Shown here piece by piece: positions 1 to 13,579 of a stretch of 64,000 nt of DNA; positions within the stretch are counted from its first letter, which is position 1; every line of letters begins with the position of its first letter. The DNA is from Octopus sinensis. Taxonomy: Eukaryota. The notes beneath the pieces are model-generated. The model made no database searches. It was given only the letters and a program-made list of their open reading frames with translations, and was not told the DNA's origin. A program made the translations under genes and the position numbers. Where the stretch lies: positions 9,362,001 to 9,426,000 of the forward strand of contig NC_043026.1 in the NCBI RefSeq assembly GCF_006345805.1, given 5' to 3'.

Positions 1-1347
1 TGAACCATCAGAAATTTTAACGAACTCGATCTGGAATAGTGGAAGTTGTATCATAGTTGAAATTCTGTAGCATTGGTTATGAGTTTTGCTGGCGAGTTAA
101 CTGTGGCTGGTCTAGTTTGTGTGCCTGGAGTTACCTTTATATAAAAGAATGACAAGAAGAACCAGGTAAATTCAATGCAACTATTATTTATTACAACCCC
201 TTATAAAAATACATGGCAAATGTCTTACATATTGTGAAGTAACAGGTTTGGCAAGTTTTAACGAACTCTATCTGGAACAGTGGGAGTTGTATCACAGTTG
301 AAATTCTGTAGCATCTTCCTGGTTTGGTTCTGTGTGTTGGGCAGCATCGGTTGTTGTGATCTGTCCGTCGCTGTAGAGGAAGTACAAGTTTACCAGGCCA
401 GAGAGAGAGAGATCAGGAATGAAGACAGAAACAGGAGTGCCGCCACAAAGGAGATACATGGTTACCCAGCCTGAGGGAAATGCAGGAGAAGGAGATAGAG
501 GGTGGGAGACAACACGATGGAGATAGTGGCAAAATGATGGGCGTATTTACTAGGGAGGGGATTAGAGCATAGATGAGGATGGTTGAGTAAGGGAAGAAAG
601 AGATATAGATGGTGGCAAGGGCCAGGCCATACCCTTGAGGTTCAAACATCATAATATAAGGGACAGGATACTGCAAAGGCGGCGAGCTAGCAGAAACGTT
701 AGGCTCTGTGTTCAAATTCCGCCGAGGTCGAATTTGCCTTACATCCTTTCGGGGTAGATTATATAAGTACCAGTTACGCACTGTCAGGGTGCTACCGGAT
801 AGCAATGATACAGAGGAACAGCACCATGAGGACAGGATTGGGGGAGTGAGAGGTAGGCATAGTGTATGGAAGGAATGTGAAGAAGAGATGTAGATTGGTT
901 TGTTGGGGGTAGGGTGTGTAAAAAGTTTTCTTGTTACATGTGGGTGGAAGACATAGGTTGAGGGCAAGCCAGTAGCAATAATACAGTAAGACAGGAAATG
1001 GGGGTGGAACATACAGGTCAGGACTAGTGGAGAGCAATGCTACAGTGAGACAGGGCAGGACTGTATTTAAAATATCCGATCGTGGCCGTTTGCCAGCCTC
1101 GTCTGGCACCTGTGCAGGTGGCACGTAAAAAGCACCCACTACACTCACAGAGTGGTTGGCATTAGGAAGGGCATCCAGCTGTAGAAACACTGCCAGATCA
1201 GCCAACTTGGTGCATCTAGTGTCCACTCTTTAGAATTTAAACCAGCCATATCTGGCCCAAATATTCTACCTATTTTATGATCAAACTAGTCAGAGTCGGC
1301 TTCTTACACCTACCCTGCAATGTCATTGTGAAAATACACAATCATAT

Positions 1348-2384
1348 TGTTACGAGGGGGGGGGATCCTCCGTCGAACGAAAGCTGTTACGGAATCCCTC
1401 ACACAGGCCCGTTCGATCAGCGAATAATTGCCACGGAAACTCGGAGAGGAGAGAGAGATACAACAACAACAACAACAGCAGCAGCAGCACAGAGGCAATC
1501 GAGAGAGACACAATGAAGGCAAGGCAATTGGCTACGTTAACGTACTAGTTTATATGACTATTCAATTGTTACAGCATCAAATACATTTCAGATACACTTA
1601 AAAGAGGATATGCAAGTAACAACTCAATACATCATACAGGTATACCACAGATCAAAGCATTTAAACTGTCCAGTAACAACACATCTAGTTCAATGACAAC
1701 AGCAATTCAAGAGTACACGTCTGGAGACAACAGTTCTATTTCAAATCACATTAAAGGCATATACAATGTTCATTACACAGTTCTCTCTTCAACAACTCTG
1801 TACACAATGTCTTTACACAGTTCACATCGTTCTTTTCACAGTCTCATTTCTTTTCAACATTTCAATACATCGATTCTTTTTCCTTCTTTTTCTTCACATA
1901 TCAATACACAATTCACGTACCTTGGTTCCTACTAGAATAGCCAATGTCCCATATTGCACCTCATCTCTCTCAGTGCTGCTAACTCCAACTTGCCAAACTC
2001 TTGCCCCGAATCCCAAATCCTCGCTCCTAAATCCAACCGCTCGCTTTGACGACCAAATACCGACTGCCAAAACCTCTTGCTCTCTCACCACCCCCAATCT
2101 CCCTTAGCACTGCTAATATTCTCTCTATCGCCGCTTGGTCCTATCTGCCTGTCTTCATCGACGCTGTCACTGTCATTCTCTCATGACAGGCTCCTCAGAT
2201 TCCTTACTCTGTCTTCCTCGGCCCTCACATTTCTCTGACCCTTTCTTGACCGGCAAAGAGTAGGGGTCCCTCCAAAAGCCATCAGTCTTCCGTAAACAAA
2301 GGACTATAATTTTGTACTGTAGACTTTCAGACTCCACTCCTAACAAAGTAGGTCAAGAAGTACTGCACCAGCCCAACCACAACA
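1348..2384. mobile_element. Solo LTR (Gypsy-like), ~1.04 kb, just downstream of ZNF A
   Basis: TGTT...AACA termini and a 4-bp TSD ATAT (1344-1347, 2385-2388). The paralogous empty sites CAATC-ATAT-CATCAAAA are at ~12830 and ~35895. Confidence 0.85.
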
Positions 2385-2524
2385 ATATCATCAAAATTTG
2401 AAAGCTGTGGCTTAATGCAGGACAAATTGAAAATAATGTGAATAAATAACCCTCACATTCGATAGAATAATCTGCATGATAAAGGGGTCAGTCACCCCTT
2501 ACAGATTATGATTTAGCACAAATA

Positions 2525-4115
2525 TCAGTGGGATTGCTTCTTCCCCTGATGAACACGTTTGTGAGAAGTTAAGTTGCCATGTTGAGTGAATGACCTTCCA
2601 GAGATATCACAAGAATATGGTGTTTCTGCTGTATGAATACGTTTGTGTGCAGTCAAGCTACCTTTTTGAAAGAATGATTTACCACAAATGTCACAGTGAA
2701 ATGGCTTCTCTCCTGTATGAATACTTTTGTGAGAAATGAAAGCACTTTGGTCAGAGAATGATTTACCACAAATATCACAGCGATATGGTGTCTCTCCAGT
2801 ATGAATACGTTTATGAGTAGTTAGGCTGCCACTTTCAGAGAATGATTTACCACAGATATCACAAGAATATGGTCTCTGCCCTGTATGAATACGTTTGTGT
2901 GTAGTCAAGCTACCTTTTTGAAAGAATGATTTACCACAAATGTCGCAGTGAAATGGCTTCTCTCCTGTATGAACATGTTTGAACATGAGATTTTAAAACA
3001 CTTTGGACAGAGAATGATGTGCCACAGACATCACAGTGATAGGGCTTCTCTCCTGTATGAATACGCTTATGTGTAGTTAGGTTACTACTGGCAGAGAAAG
3101 ATTTGCCACAGATGTTGCACTGATATGGCTTCTCTCCTGTATGAATACGTTTGTGAGAAGTTAAATACCCACTTTGAGAGAATGATGTACCACAGACATC
3201 ACAGTGATAGGGCTTCCCTCCTGTATGAATACGCTTATGTCTAGTTAGGTTCCTACTGAGAGAGAAAGATTTGCCACAGATGTCGCAGTGATACAGCTTC
3301 TCTCCTGTATGAATACGTTTGTGAGCATTTAAACTCCCACTTTGAGAAAATGATGTACCACAGATGTCACAAGAATATGGTGTTTCTCCTGTATGAATAC
3401 GTCGGTGTTTAGTTAAGTTACTACCGGCAGAGAAAGATTTGCCACAAATGTTGCACTGATATGGCTTCTCTCCTGTATGGAAACGTTTGTGAGCAGTTAA
3501 GTTCCCACTTTGAGAGAATGATTTACCACAGATATCACAAGAATATGGTGTCTCTCCCGTATGAATATGTTTATGAGTATTTAAGTTCCTATTGGCAGAG
3601 AAAGATTTGCCACAGATGTCGCAGTGATATGGCTTCTCTCCTGTATGGAAACGTTTGTGAGCAGTCAAGTTATTCCTGTGATGGAATGATTTACCACAGA
3701 TGTCACAGTGAAATGGTTTCTCTCCTGTATGAATACGTTTGTGAGAATTTAAATCACTTCGGTCAGAGAATGATTTACCACAGACATCACAACGATAAGG
3801 CTTCTCTCCAGTATGAATACGTTTGTGTGTAGTCAAGTGACCCTTTTGAGAGAATGATTTACCACAGATGTCACAGTGAAATGGTTTCTCCCCTGTATGT
3901 ATACGCTTGTGCATATTCAAGTGGGCCTTTTGAGAGAATGATTTACCACAGATGTCACAATGAAATGGCTTCTCTACCGTATGAATACGTTTATGCTTAT
4001 TCAAGTTAACCTTTTCAGAGAAGGACTTTTTACACACATCACAGTCATGTGACAATTTTTGTTTCCCTTTTTCTTCTGGAAAAGTCAGATCCTTTAGTTT
4101 CTCACTGTTTTCCAT
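2525..4115 (-). pseudogene. C2H2 ZNF gene A, 18 fingers, frameshifted in finger 13
   Basis: ATG at 4115 ([15 protein letters not shown], homologous to the paralog starts) followed by 28-aa CxxC-x12-HxxxH repeats with TGEKP linkers. A 4-nt insertion (TCTCA[TGTT]CAAAC on the - strand, ~2983-2986) splits ORFs 2931-4196 and 2525-2986. The last finger has a C>S change. A truncated 12-finger protein is still possible. Confidence 0.9.
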
Positions 4116-4695
4116 TATTTTTCTTTGAAAATCACAAAATATATATATATATATATATGTTTTCTTCTTTGTACTTCTATAGTCTTTTGTTTGCAAGTAT
4201 TTCGACTGCTGTATTTCTGTCCAGTGTTACTTTTGTCCCAAAACTCGTTTGTAAATTTATCCAAGTTTAATTTGCAAAGAGACACATCTTGTAGACACTC
4301 CAGCCAGTGATGTCCAGAAGGTTTGCTAATAACACAATTCAGAGTAAATATATCAGAGGAATTCCACCACAGATTTATAGAAACAATCTTATATATCTGT
4401 TCTGTACAATATTTTCATTTTCGTCTTTAAAAAGCTGATAAATAATGAGAATGTATCTTCAGTTATGCCAATGTCATCTGATATTCTGAAATAATAAAGA
4501 AACAACAGTGTAAGATATAGAGGCTACTGAAAAAAATACAGATTCAACATTTCCATAAAGATAAACTCTAGAAGCAAACATTTACCTGAACAACAGAACT
4601 TTTTAATTTATTAAAATTTACATCAGAAAATCTTGTGTGAAGTTAACATATTTCTAAATTCCAGTTACACATTCGTACTGCACAACATTTATATA

Positions 4696-4736
<41 letters not shown>

Positions 4737-4741
<5 letters not shown>

Positions 4742-4965
4742 AAAAAGCACCATCCGATCGTGGCCGTTTGCCAGCCCCATCTGGCACGTAAAAAGCGCCC
4801 ACTACACTCACGGAGAGGTTGGCGTTAGGAAGGGCATCCAGCCGTAGAAACTTTGCGAGATCAGACTGGGCCTGGTGCAGCCTTCTGGCTTCCCAGACCC
4901 CAGTTGAACCGTCCAACCCATGCTAGCATGGAAAACGGATGCTAAACGATGATGATGATGATGAT
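4737..4965. repeat. Abundant (GAT)n-tailed interspersed repeat (LINE-tail/SINE-like), representative copy
   Basis: GCACGTAAAAAGCACC...GGAAGGGCATCCAGC...AACGATGATGATG. Copies lie at ~1075, 10830, 12465, 19770, 31790, 33835, 35485, 38378, 51727, 52040, 58584 and 61250. Confidence 0.75.
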
Positions 4966-5444
4966 ATTGTGAAATTGATGAATAGGGGACTTATAGACCT
5001 CTTGTTTAAATGCCTACAAAAAGTACATCAGCTAAGCAAATGGCCTTCCCTAAATGCATTGAAACCATTATAACAGAATCACTGTTTCAGGAAATTATCG
5101 TCGTTCAAAGACAACAAAATAATAATAATAATAATAATTCGTTCGTTTATTGGCCACAAGGGCTAACAAAAATCAATTAAGACATAAAGGGACAAAACAC
5201 AGGACGAAAGTTACAAAGGGTTTTGTCCGTAACTATGTAGAAAACGAAAATGAAAAAAAAACTGCGCTAACGACCCGGGGGTGGGGGACTTTCGGAAAAT
5301 TTACAAGATCCGATTTTTCCGTCATAAGTTAGGGTAAAATGGATTGCGAGGATGATCCGGTTCTTGACTGAAGAAGGCTTCCAATGACCCGTCCGTGTTT
5401 TTTGTATCGTCTATTTGGATGTTTTGCGTTCTTGTCCCATTTTG

Positions 5445-5513
<69 letters not shown>

Positions 5514-5689
5514 ATATATATATATTTCTTTTGTTTTTTACGGAATCCCACTTTTTGGTTCTGGAGAATCCGATTCTGGAAAAACTTTTTTTGAAAAATC
5601 GCATTTTCAAAATTTCATTTACCACCAGCCTCTTCACTTTTCACTTGAAAAAAAAATATACATATTTTTGCCCTTAAAAACGATGGGAG

Positions 5690-6400
5690 AAACCTTTTCG
5701 GTAACAAAACATAAAATATTGTAAATATTTTCAATGGTAAAAGTGTGATTTAAGGGAGATTTGGCTGTTGTTTCTAGCACGTCCTAAGACAACCCTCCTC
5801 GTTTCACTTTCCCATCTTTGAAGTTTTTCTCTTCATAAACACATTTATGATTTTTTTTCAACCCTATTCTTCGCCCCTGGTTGCTTCTGTTTACGATTTA
5901 AGATATCGGTGAGTCTGAGGCCGTTTCTGGCATTTATCCACAGTAAAAACACAAGAAACGTGGGAAAATGATGGAAAGTGTAGAAGGTAGCCTCCATAGC
6001 TAGAAATAGCAGCCAATGTCGCACAAATCAAAGGACATCTGAGACAGGAAGTATTTAGAAATTAAATAGTTTAATACTTACGGAAATGGTTTTAAAAAGG
6101 ATGGTGTTGTTGTTAGAAGTGCGTCAGGTGGTTGAGAAATGTATTATAAATGTGTTTGGGAGTGAATTGAGAGAAATTCCGACTGAAATCAAGTTTGTTA
6201 AAATGAATGAATGGAGGCGGAAATACGCTTAGTGCGCATGCGTATGAAATACTGGTTTTTCTTCTTTTTTTCTTTTGTTTTTTAAAGATTTTGGTAGAAA
6301 TCCAGAAATTTGTGGGAGGGTCAAGTGTCAGTCGATTTCATGGACCCGAGTAGTCAACTGGTATTTATTTTATTGAACCCCAGCAGAAAAAAAGTGATAG
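5690..6400. promoter_or_regulatory. Putative bidirectional promoter/first-exon cassette 1 (between A and B)
   Basis: TGCGCATGCGTA (NRF1-like) at 6233-6244, GGCGGAAAT at 6216-6224 and CAGGAAGT (ETS-like). Donor CG|GTGAGT at 5909(+) and donor CC|GTAAGT at 6081(-). Confidence 0.6.
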
Positions 6401-6549
6401 GCAAAGTTTAATGGATCTTTTCTGTTTGAACGGCAGTTTTTATCATAATTTCTAGGTAACTAAAAAGTTTTAAACTTCGTATACTGGTAGAATGTGTTAC
6501 ATAAAACATCTTTTCCTGTTGGCTTCATTGAGAAAATTGTGTAGTTTGT

Positions 6550-6921
6550 GGATTGGAAGCACTCCGTCGGTTACGACGATGAGGGTTCCGGTTGATCCGA
6601 ATCAACGGAACAGCCTGCTCGTGAAATTAACGTGTAAGTGGCTGAGCACTCCACAGACACGTGTACCCTTAACGTAGTTCTCGGGGATATTCAGCGTGAC
6701 ACAGAGAGTGACAAGGCCGGCCCCTTCGAAATACAGGTACAACAGAAACAGGAAGTAAGAGTGAGAGAAAGTTGTGGTGAAAGAGTACAGCAGGGATCAC
6801 CACCATCCCCTGCCGGGGCCTCGTGGAGCTTTTTGGTGTTTTCGCTCAATAAACACTCACAACGCCCGGTCTGGGAATCGAAACCGCAATTCTACGACCG
6901 CGTGTCCGCTGCCCTAACCAC
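6550..6921 (-). mobile_element. Third tRNA-derived SINE family
   Basis: TGGTTAGGGCAGCGGAC...GGTTTCGATTCCC head on the - strand. Relatives lie at 56050-56311(+) and 61738-62028(-). Confidence 0.7.
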
Positions 6922-7879
6922 GAAGAGATCTTGAAGAAACTGTTGATGATATTTTATATTGATTTTTTTACCCCCATTTATTCGATATTCATTAATTTCA
7001 CATCATTTGCAATTTTTCTCTGATTCTCTTTCATTTGAATTCGATACTTAATAGCTTTTTGCATTTCTGATCTTTAAGATGTCGAAGGATAGATATTGAT
7101 GTGTTTGAGTCTTTGTTTTCAAATGTAATTCTGGATAATTTGAAGAGACAATTTCACCTTTTCTTGCCTCTGCCAAATTTCTCTTTCTACACACTCAAAG
7201 AGAACAATGATAATTTCCTGAAAGAGTGATTCTGTTATAATGTTTTCAATGCATTCAGGGAAGGCCATTTGCTTGGCTGATAAACTTTTTGTAATCATTC
7301 GTGAAATCTCCTCATGGGGCAAAATGAGTAATGACTATTTCCAATAATTTTTTCTCTTTATGGAGTTTAAGAGAAGAAATTGTGAGCTGTTAGGTAACTA
7401 GTCACAGACATACATTTTCTACAATATCCTCTGGCCTTGTGAATGGATTTGGGAAATGGAAACTGAAGGAAGCCCAATATATATATATGTGTGTGTGGGT
7501 GGGTGTGTTGTCCTCCCACCCCTTCAACACTTGACAAACAGTGTTGGTGTGTTTATGTCCCCATAAACTTGTCGTTTGGCAAAAGTGGCTGATAGAATAA
7601 GTGCTAAGCTGAAAAATTAAGTCCTAGCATTGATTCTATTGACTGAAGCCTTTAAAGTTGGTGCTCCAGCATGACCACAGTCAAAACAACTGAAACCAGT
7701 AAAAAAGTGTGTGTGTGTGTATTTATGAATGTGGAGCTGGAGTTTAGAAATATGTTAGCTTCAAACAGGATTTTGTGATGTAAATATTAATAAATTAGAA
7801 AGTTCTATTGTTCAGTTAAATGTTTGTTTCTAGAGTTTATCATTATGGAAATGTTGAATCTGTATTTTTTTAAGTAGCC

Positions 7880-8270
7880 TCTATATCTTACACTGTTGTT
7901 TCTTTATTCTTTCAGAATATCAGATGACATTGGCATAACTGAAGATACATTCTCATTATTTATCAATTTTTTAAAGACCAAAATGGAAATATCGTACAGA
8001 ACAGATATATAAGATTGTTTCTATAAATCTTTGGTGGAATTCCTCTGATATATTTACTCTGAAATGTGTTATTAGCAAACCTTCTGGACATCATTGGCTG
8101 GAGTGTCTACAAGATGAGCCTGTTTGCAGATTGAACGTGGATAAATTTAGTTGTTTTGTGACAAAGGTAACAGTGGCCAGAAATACAACAGTTGAAATAT
8201 TTGTAAACAAAAGACTACAGAAGCAAAAAGAATAAAAAAGAAGGTATATTGTGAAGTTGAAGGAAAAATA
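7880..8270 (+). promoter_or_regulatory. Conserved 3' splice site plus ~350-nt 5'UTR part of the ZNF coding exon (representative copy)
   Basis: TTGTTTCTTTATT(A/C)TTTCAG|AATATCAGATGACATTGGCATAA occurs before every gene that retains a 5' end. Inferred exon starts: 4485(-), 7916(+), 19172(-), 27088(+), 38100(-), 42575(+) and 54130(+). Confidence 0.75.
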
Positions 8271-9275
8271 ATGGAAAAGAGTGAGAAAGTGAAGGAACAT
8301 ATTTTTCCAGAAGATAGCAAAAAGGAGAGACAAAAATTGTCACATGACTGTGATGTGTGTAAAAAGTCTTTCTCAAAAAAAGGTAACTTAAATAAGCACA
8401 AACGTATTCATACAGGAGAGAAGCCATTTCACTGTGAAATCTGTGGTAAATCATTCTCTCAAAAAATTACCTTGACTACCCACAAACGTATTCATACAGG
8501 AGAGAAGCCATATCATTGTAGTGTCTGTGGTACAAGATTCTCTCACCAAAGTGTTTTAAATAATCACCAGCATTGTCATACAGGAGAGAAGCCATTTCAC
8601 TGTGAAATCTGTGGTAAATCATTCTCTCAAAGAAGTGCTTTAACTAATCACAAACGTATTCATACAGGAGAGACACCATATTCCTGTAATATCTGTGGTA
8701 AATTATTTTCTGCTAAAAGTGCTCTAACTTATCATAAACGTATTCATACAGGAGAGTCACCATATCATTGTGATATCTGTGGTAAATCATTCTCTCAAAG
8801 TTGCAGCTTAACTACTCACAAACGTTCCCATACAGGAGAGAAGCCATACCACTGTGATATCTGTGGTAAATCATTCTCTGTGAGTTGTAACTTAACTGGA
8901 CACAGACGTATTCATACAGGAGAAACACCATATTCTTGTGATATCTGTGGTAAATTATTCTCTCAAAAACTTTATTTGACTTTACACAAACGTATTCATA
9001 CAGGAGAGACACCATTTCACTGTGAAATCTGTGGTAAATCATTCTCTCAAAGTGGCCACCTAACTATTCATAAACGTATTCATACAGGAGAAACACCATA
9101 TTCTTGTGAAATCTGTGGTAAATCATTCTCTCAAAGTGGCACCTTAGCTTCTCACAAACGTATCCATACAGGAGAGAAGCTATATCCTTGTGATATCTGT
9201 GGAAGGTCATTTACTCAACATGGCAACTTAACTTCTCACAAACGTGTTCATAAGGGGAAGAAGCAATCCCACTAA
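8271..9275 (+). CDS. C2H2 ZNF gene B, 334 aa, 11 fingers
   Basis: Intact ORF with a short N-terminal peptide ([15 protein letters not shown]), 11 tandem C2H2 fingers and C-terminal GKKQSH. Conserved splice acceptor at 7914-7915. Confidence 0.93.
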   Translation: MEKSEKVKEHIFPEDSKKERQKLSHDCDVCKKSFSKKGNLNKHKRIHTGEKPFHCEICGKSFSQKITLTTHKRIHTGEKPYHCSVCGTRFSHQSVLNNHQHCHTGEKPFHCEICGKSFSQRSALTNHKRIHTGETPYSCNICGKLFSAKSALTYHKRIHTGESPYHCDICGKSFSQSCSLTTHKRSHTGEKPYHCDICGKSFSVSCNLTGHRRIHTGETPYSCDICGKLFSQKLYLTLHKRIHTGETPFHCEICGKSFSQSGHLTIHKRIHTGETPYSCEICGKSFSQSGTLASHKRIHTGEKLYPCDICGRSFTQHGNLTSHKRVHKGKKQSH

Positions 9276-9595
9276 TATTTGCGCTAAATCATAATCTCTA
9301 AGGGGTTACTGAAACCCTTTACCATGCAGGTTATTCTGTCAAATGTGATGTTTATTTATTCACATTATTTTCAATTTGCCATCCAAAGGTTTAGTAAAAT
9401 TCTATGAATTAGAAAAAAGATATTTAATTTTAATTCTCAAATTTTTATCAATTTTTGCGTGATATTAAAGGGACTCTACTCATATATGAACTTAGGCGCA
9501 CACACACACACACACACACAAGAGATAAAAGACAATACAAAGAGTTTTCAAATTGAGTAAACAGGAGTAGTTGTGTGGTAAGTAGCTTGCTTACC

Positions 9596-10559
9596 TTTTT
9601 CGGAGACAGACGTGTTTGTTTTTGGCGGAGAGTTCTTGCTGCTTGATGTCACGTCTTTCGTCGTGAAATATTGAACTTTGAGGCTCGACTACAGGTAGGC
9701 GTTTATCGTATTTTTTGAGGGCTTAGTGGAGTTTGTTGCCCTGTATTCAATATTTTTTGGTGAGTAATAGACTCCACTCTGCTCCAGACATTTGCCTGCC
9801 TGTGGCCGCCTATAAAGACTCACTTTGCAGTGAGAATTGTGTTTTCGAGGAGGCGTAGCCCCTCCGCAAAAATTATCTTCGTGTCTGTGGATTACCAAGG
9901 CAGGAAGGACTGTTTTTGCAAGGTGGACGTGAGTGTTTTGGCTCTGGCCAATTACAAGAAAAAAGAACAAAAACAGAGAAGGTTGTCGAGGCCAGTGATT
10001 TTGTTTTATCTGAGCTGGGTGTAATTTGTTATATTGTTATTTTTTGTTAACAAATTTCGCCTGCTCTCGGCGGCTGCTGTTTTGTGAATTTAGTGGGAAT
10101 ATTTTGGATTCATTAAAAAAAAAAAAAACAGTGGAGGGACGTATCCTCGCCCGAATGATTAGAACCTGTTACAGTTACCGTTGGCTGTAGCCAGTATTGT
10201 GTTTGGATTTCTTTTACCAATTACGGGTAAAGACGATTCATACCAAGGAACCTATGTACATTTGGCCAGGAGTACCTTTTCGGCCGAAAATTAATTTATT
10301 TCTTTGCCTGGATTTGAACTCTCTTCTTCAAAGCTTTCGTTTATTTAAAAAAATAAAAGAACTCTTTTTTGAACTGTTATTTTTTATTTTATTTCTTCCC
10401 TTCTTTTTTTGTGTCTTATTTTATTTTCTTACATTTTGAACTGTAATTGAACTTTGTATTGAAATGGCAAAGGAATTTCTTGTGTGGGACTTGACAGCTC
10501 CCAAAAAATGGTTAAAAGAGCTTGAAAGGAAGACGGTGGTGTTGAGGACTTACTCAAAG

Positions 10560-10560
<1 letters not shown>
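9596..10560 (+). mobile_element. Tx1/L1-like LINE, 5'UTR plus start of ORF1 (3'-truncated)
   Basis: The 5' motif GACGTGTTTGTTTTTGGCGGAGAGT matches the 5' end of the LINE at 16653(-). The ATG at 10464 gives MAKEFLVWDLTAPKKWLKELERKTVVLRTYSK, which resembles LETEKRAVVYKTFCR in ORF1 15411-15974. Confidence 0.7.

Positions 10561-13579
<3,019 letters not shown>

Noticed and set aside
413-1226. ORFs of 144-199 aa repeated at ~12.0 kb and ~35.1 kb
   Set aside because: They cross SINE and repeat boundaries, their frames are not conserved between paralogs, and they have no domain similarity.
3461-3832. Antisense ORFs with [13 protein letters not shown] repeats (also at 8812, 17962, 27735-28694, 37027 and 54751)
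   Set aside because: They are reverse-strand shadows of the 84-bp zinc-finger repeat, with no independent coding evidence.
4116-4196. Extended N-terminus of ZNF A in the ORF track
   Set aside because: It uses a non-ATG start and runs through a TA microsatellite. All paralogs start at the ATG equivalent to 4115.
5355-5400. CTGAAGA as a hammerhead core (also ~62092 and CTGATGG at ~53688)
   Set aside because: No stem II-GAAA-stem III follows. The 5140-5450 segment looks more like a LINE 3'-end fragment.
5384-5724. YIYIYI-rich ORFs
   Set aside because: Translation of (TA)n microsatellites.
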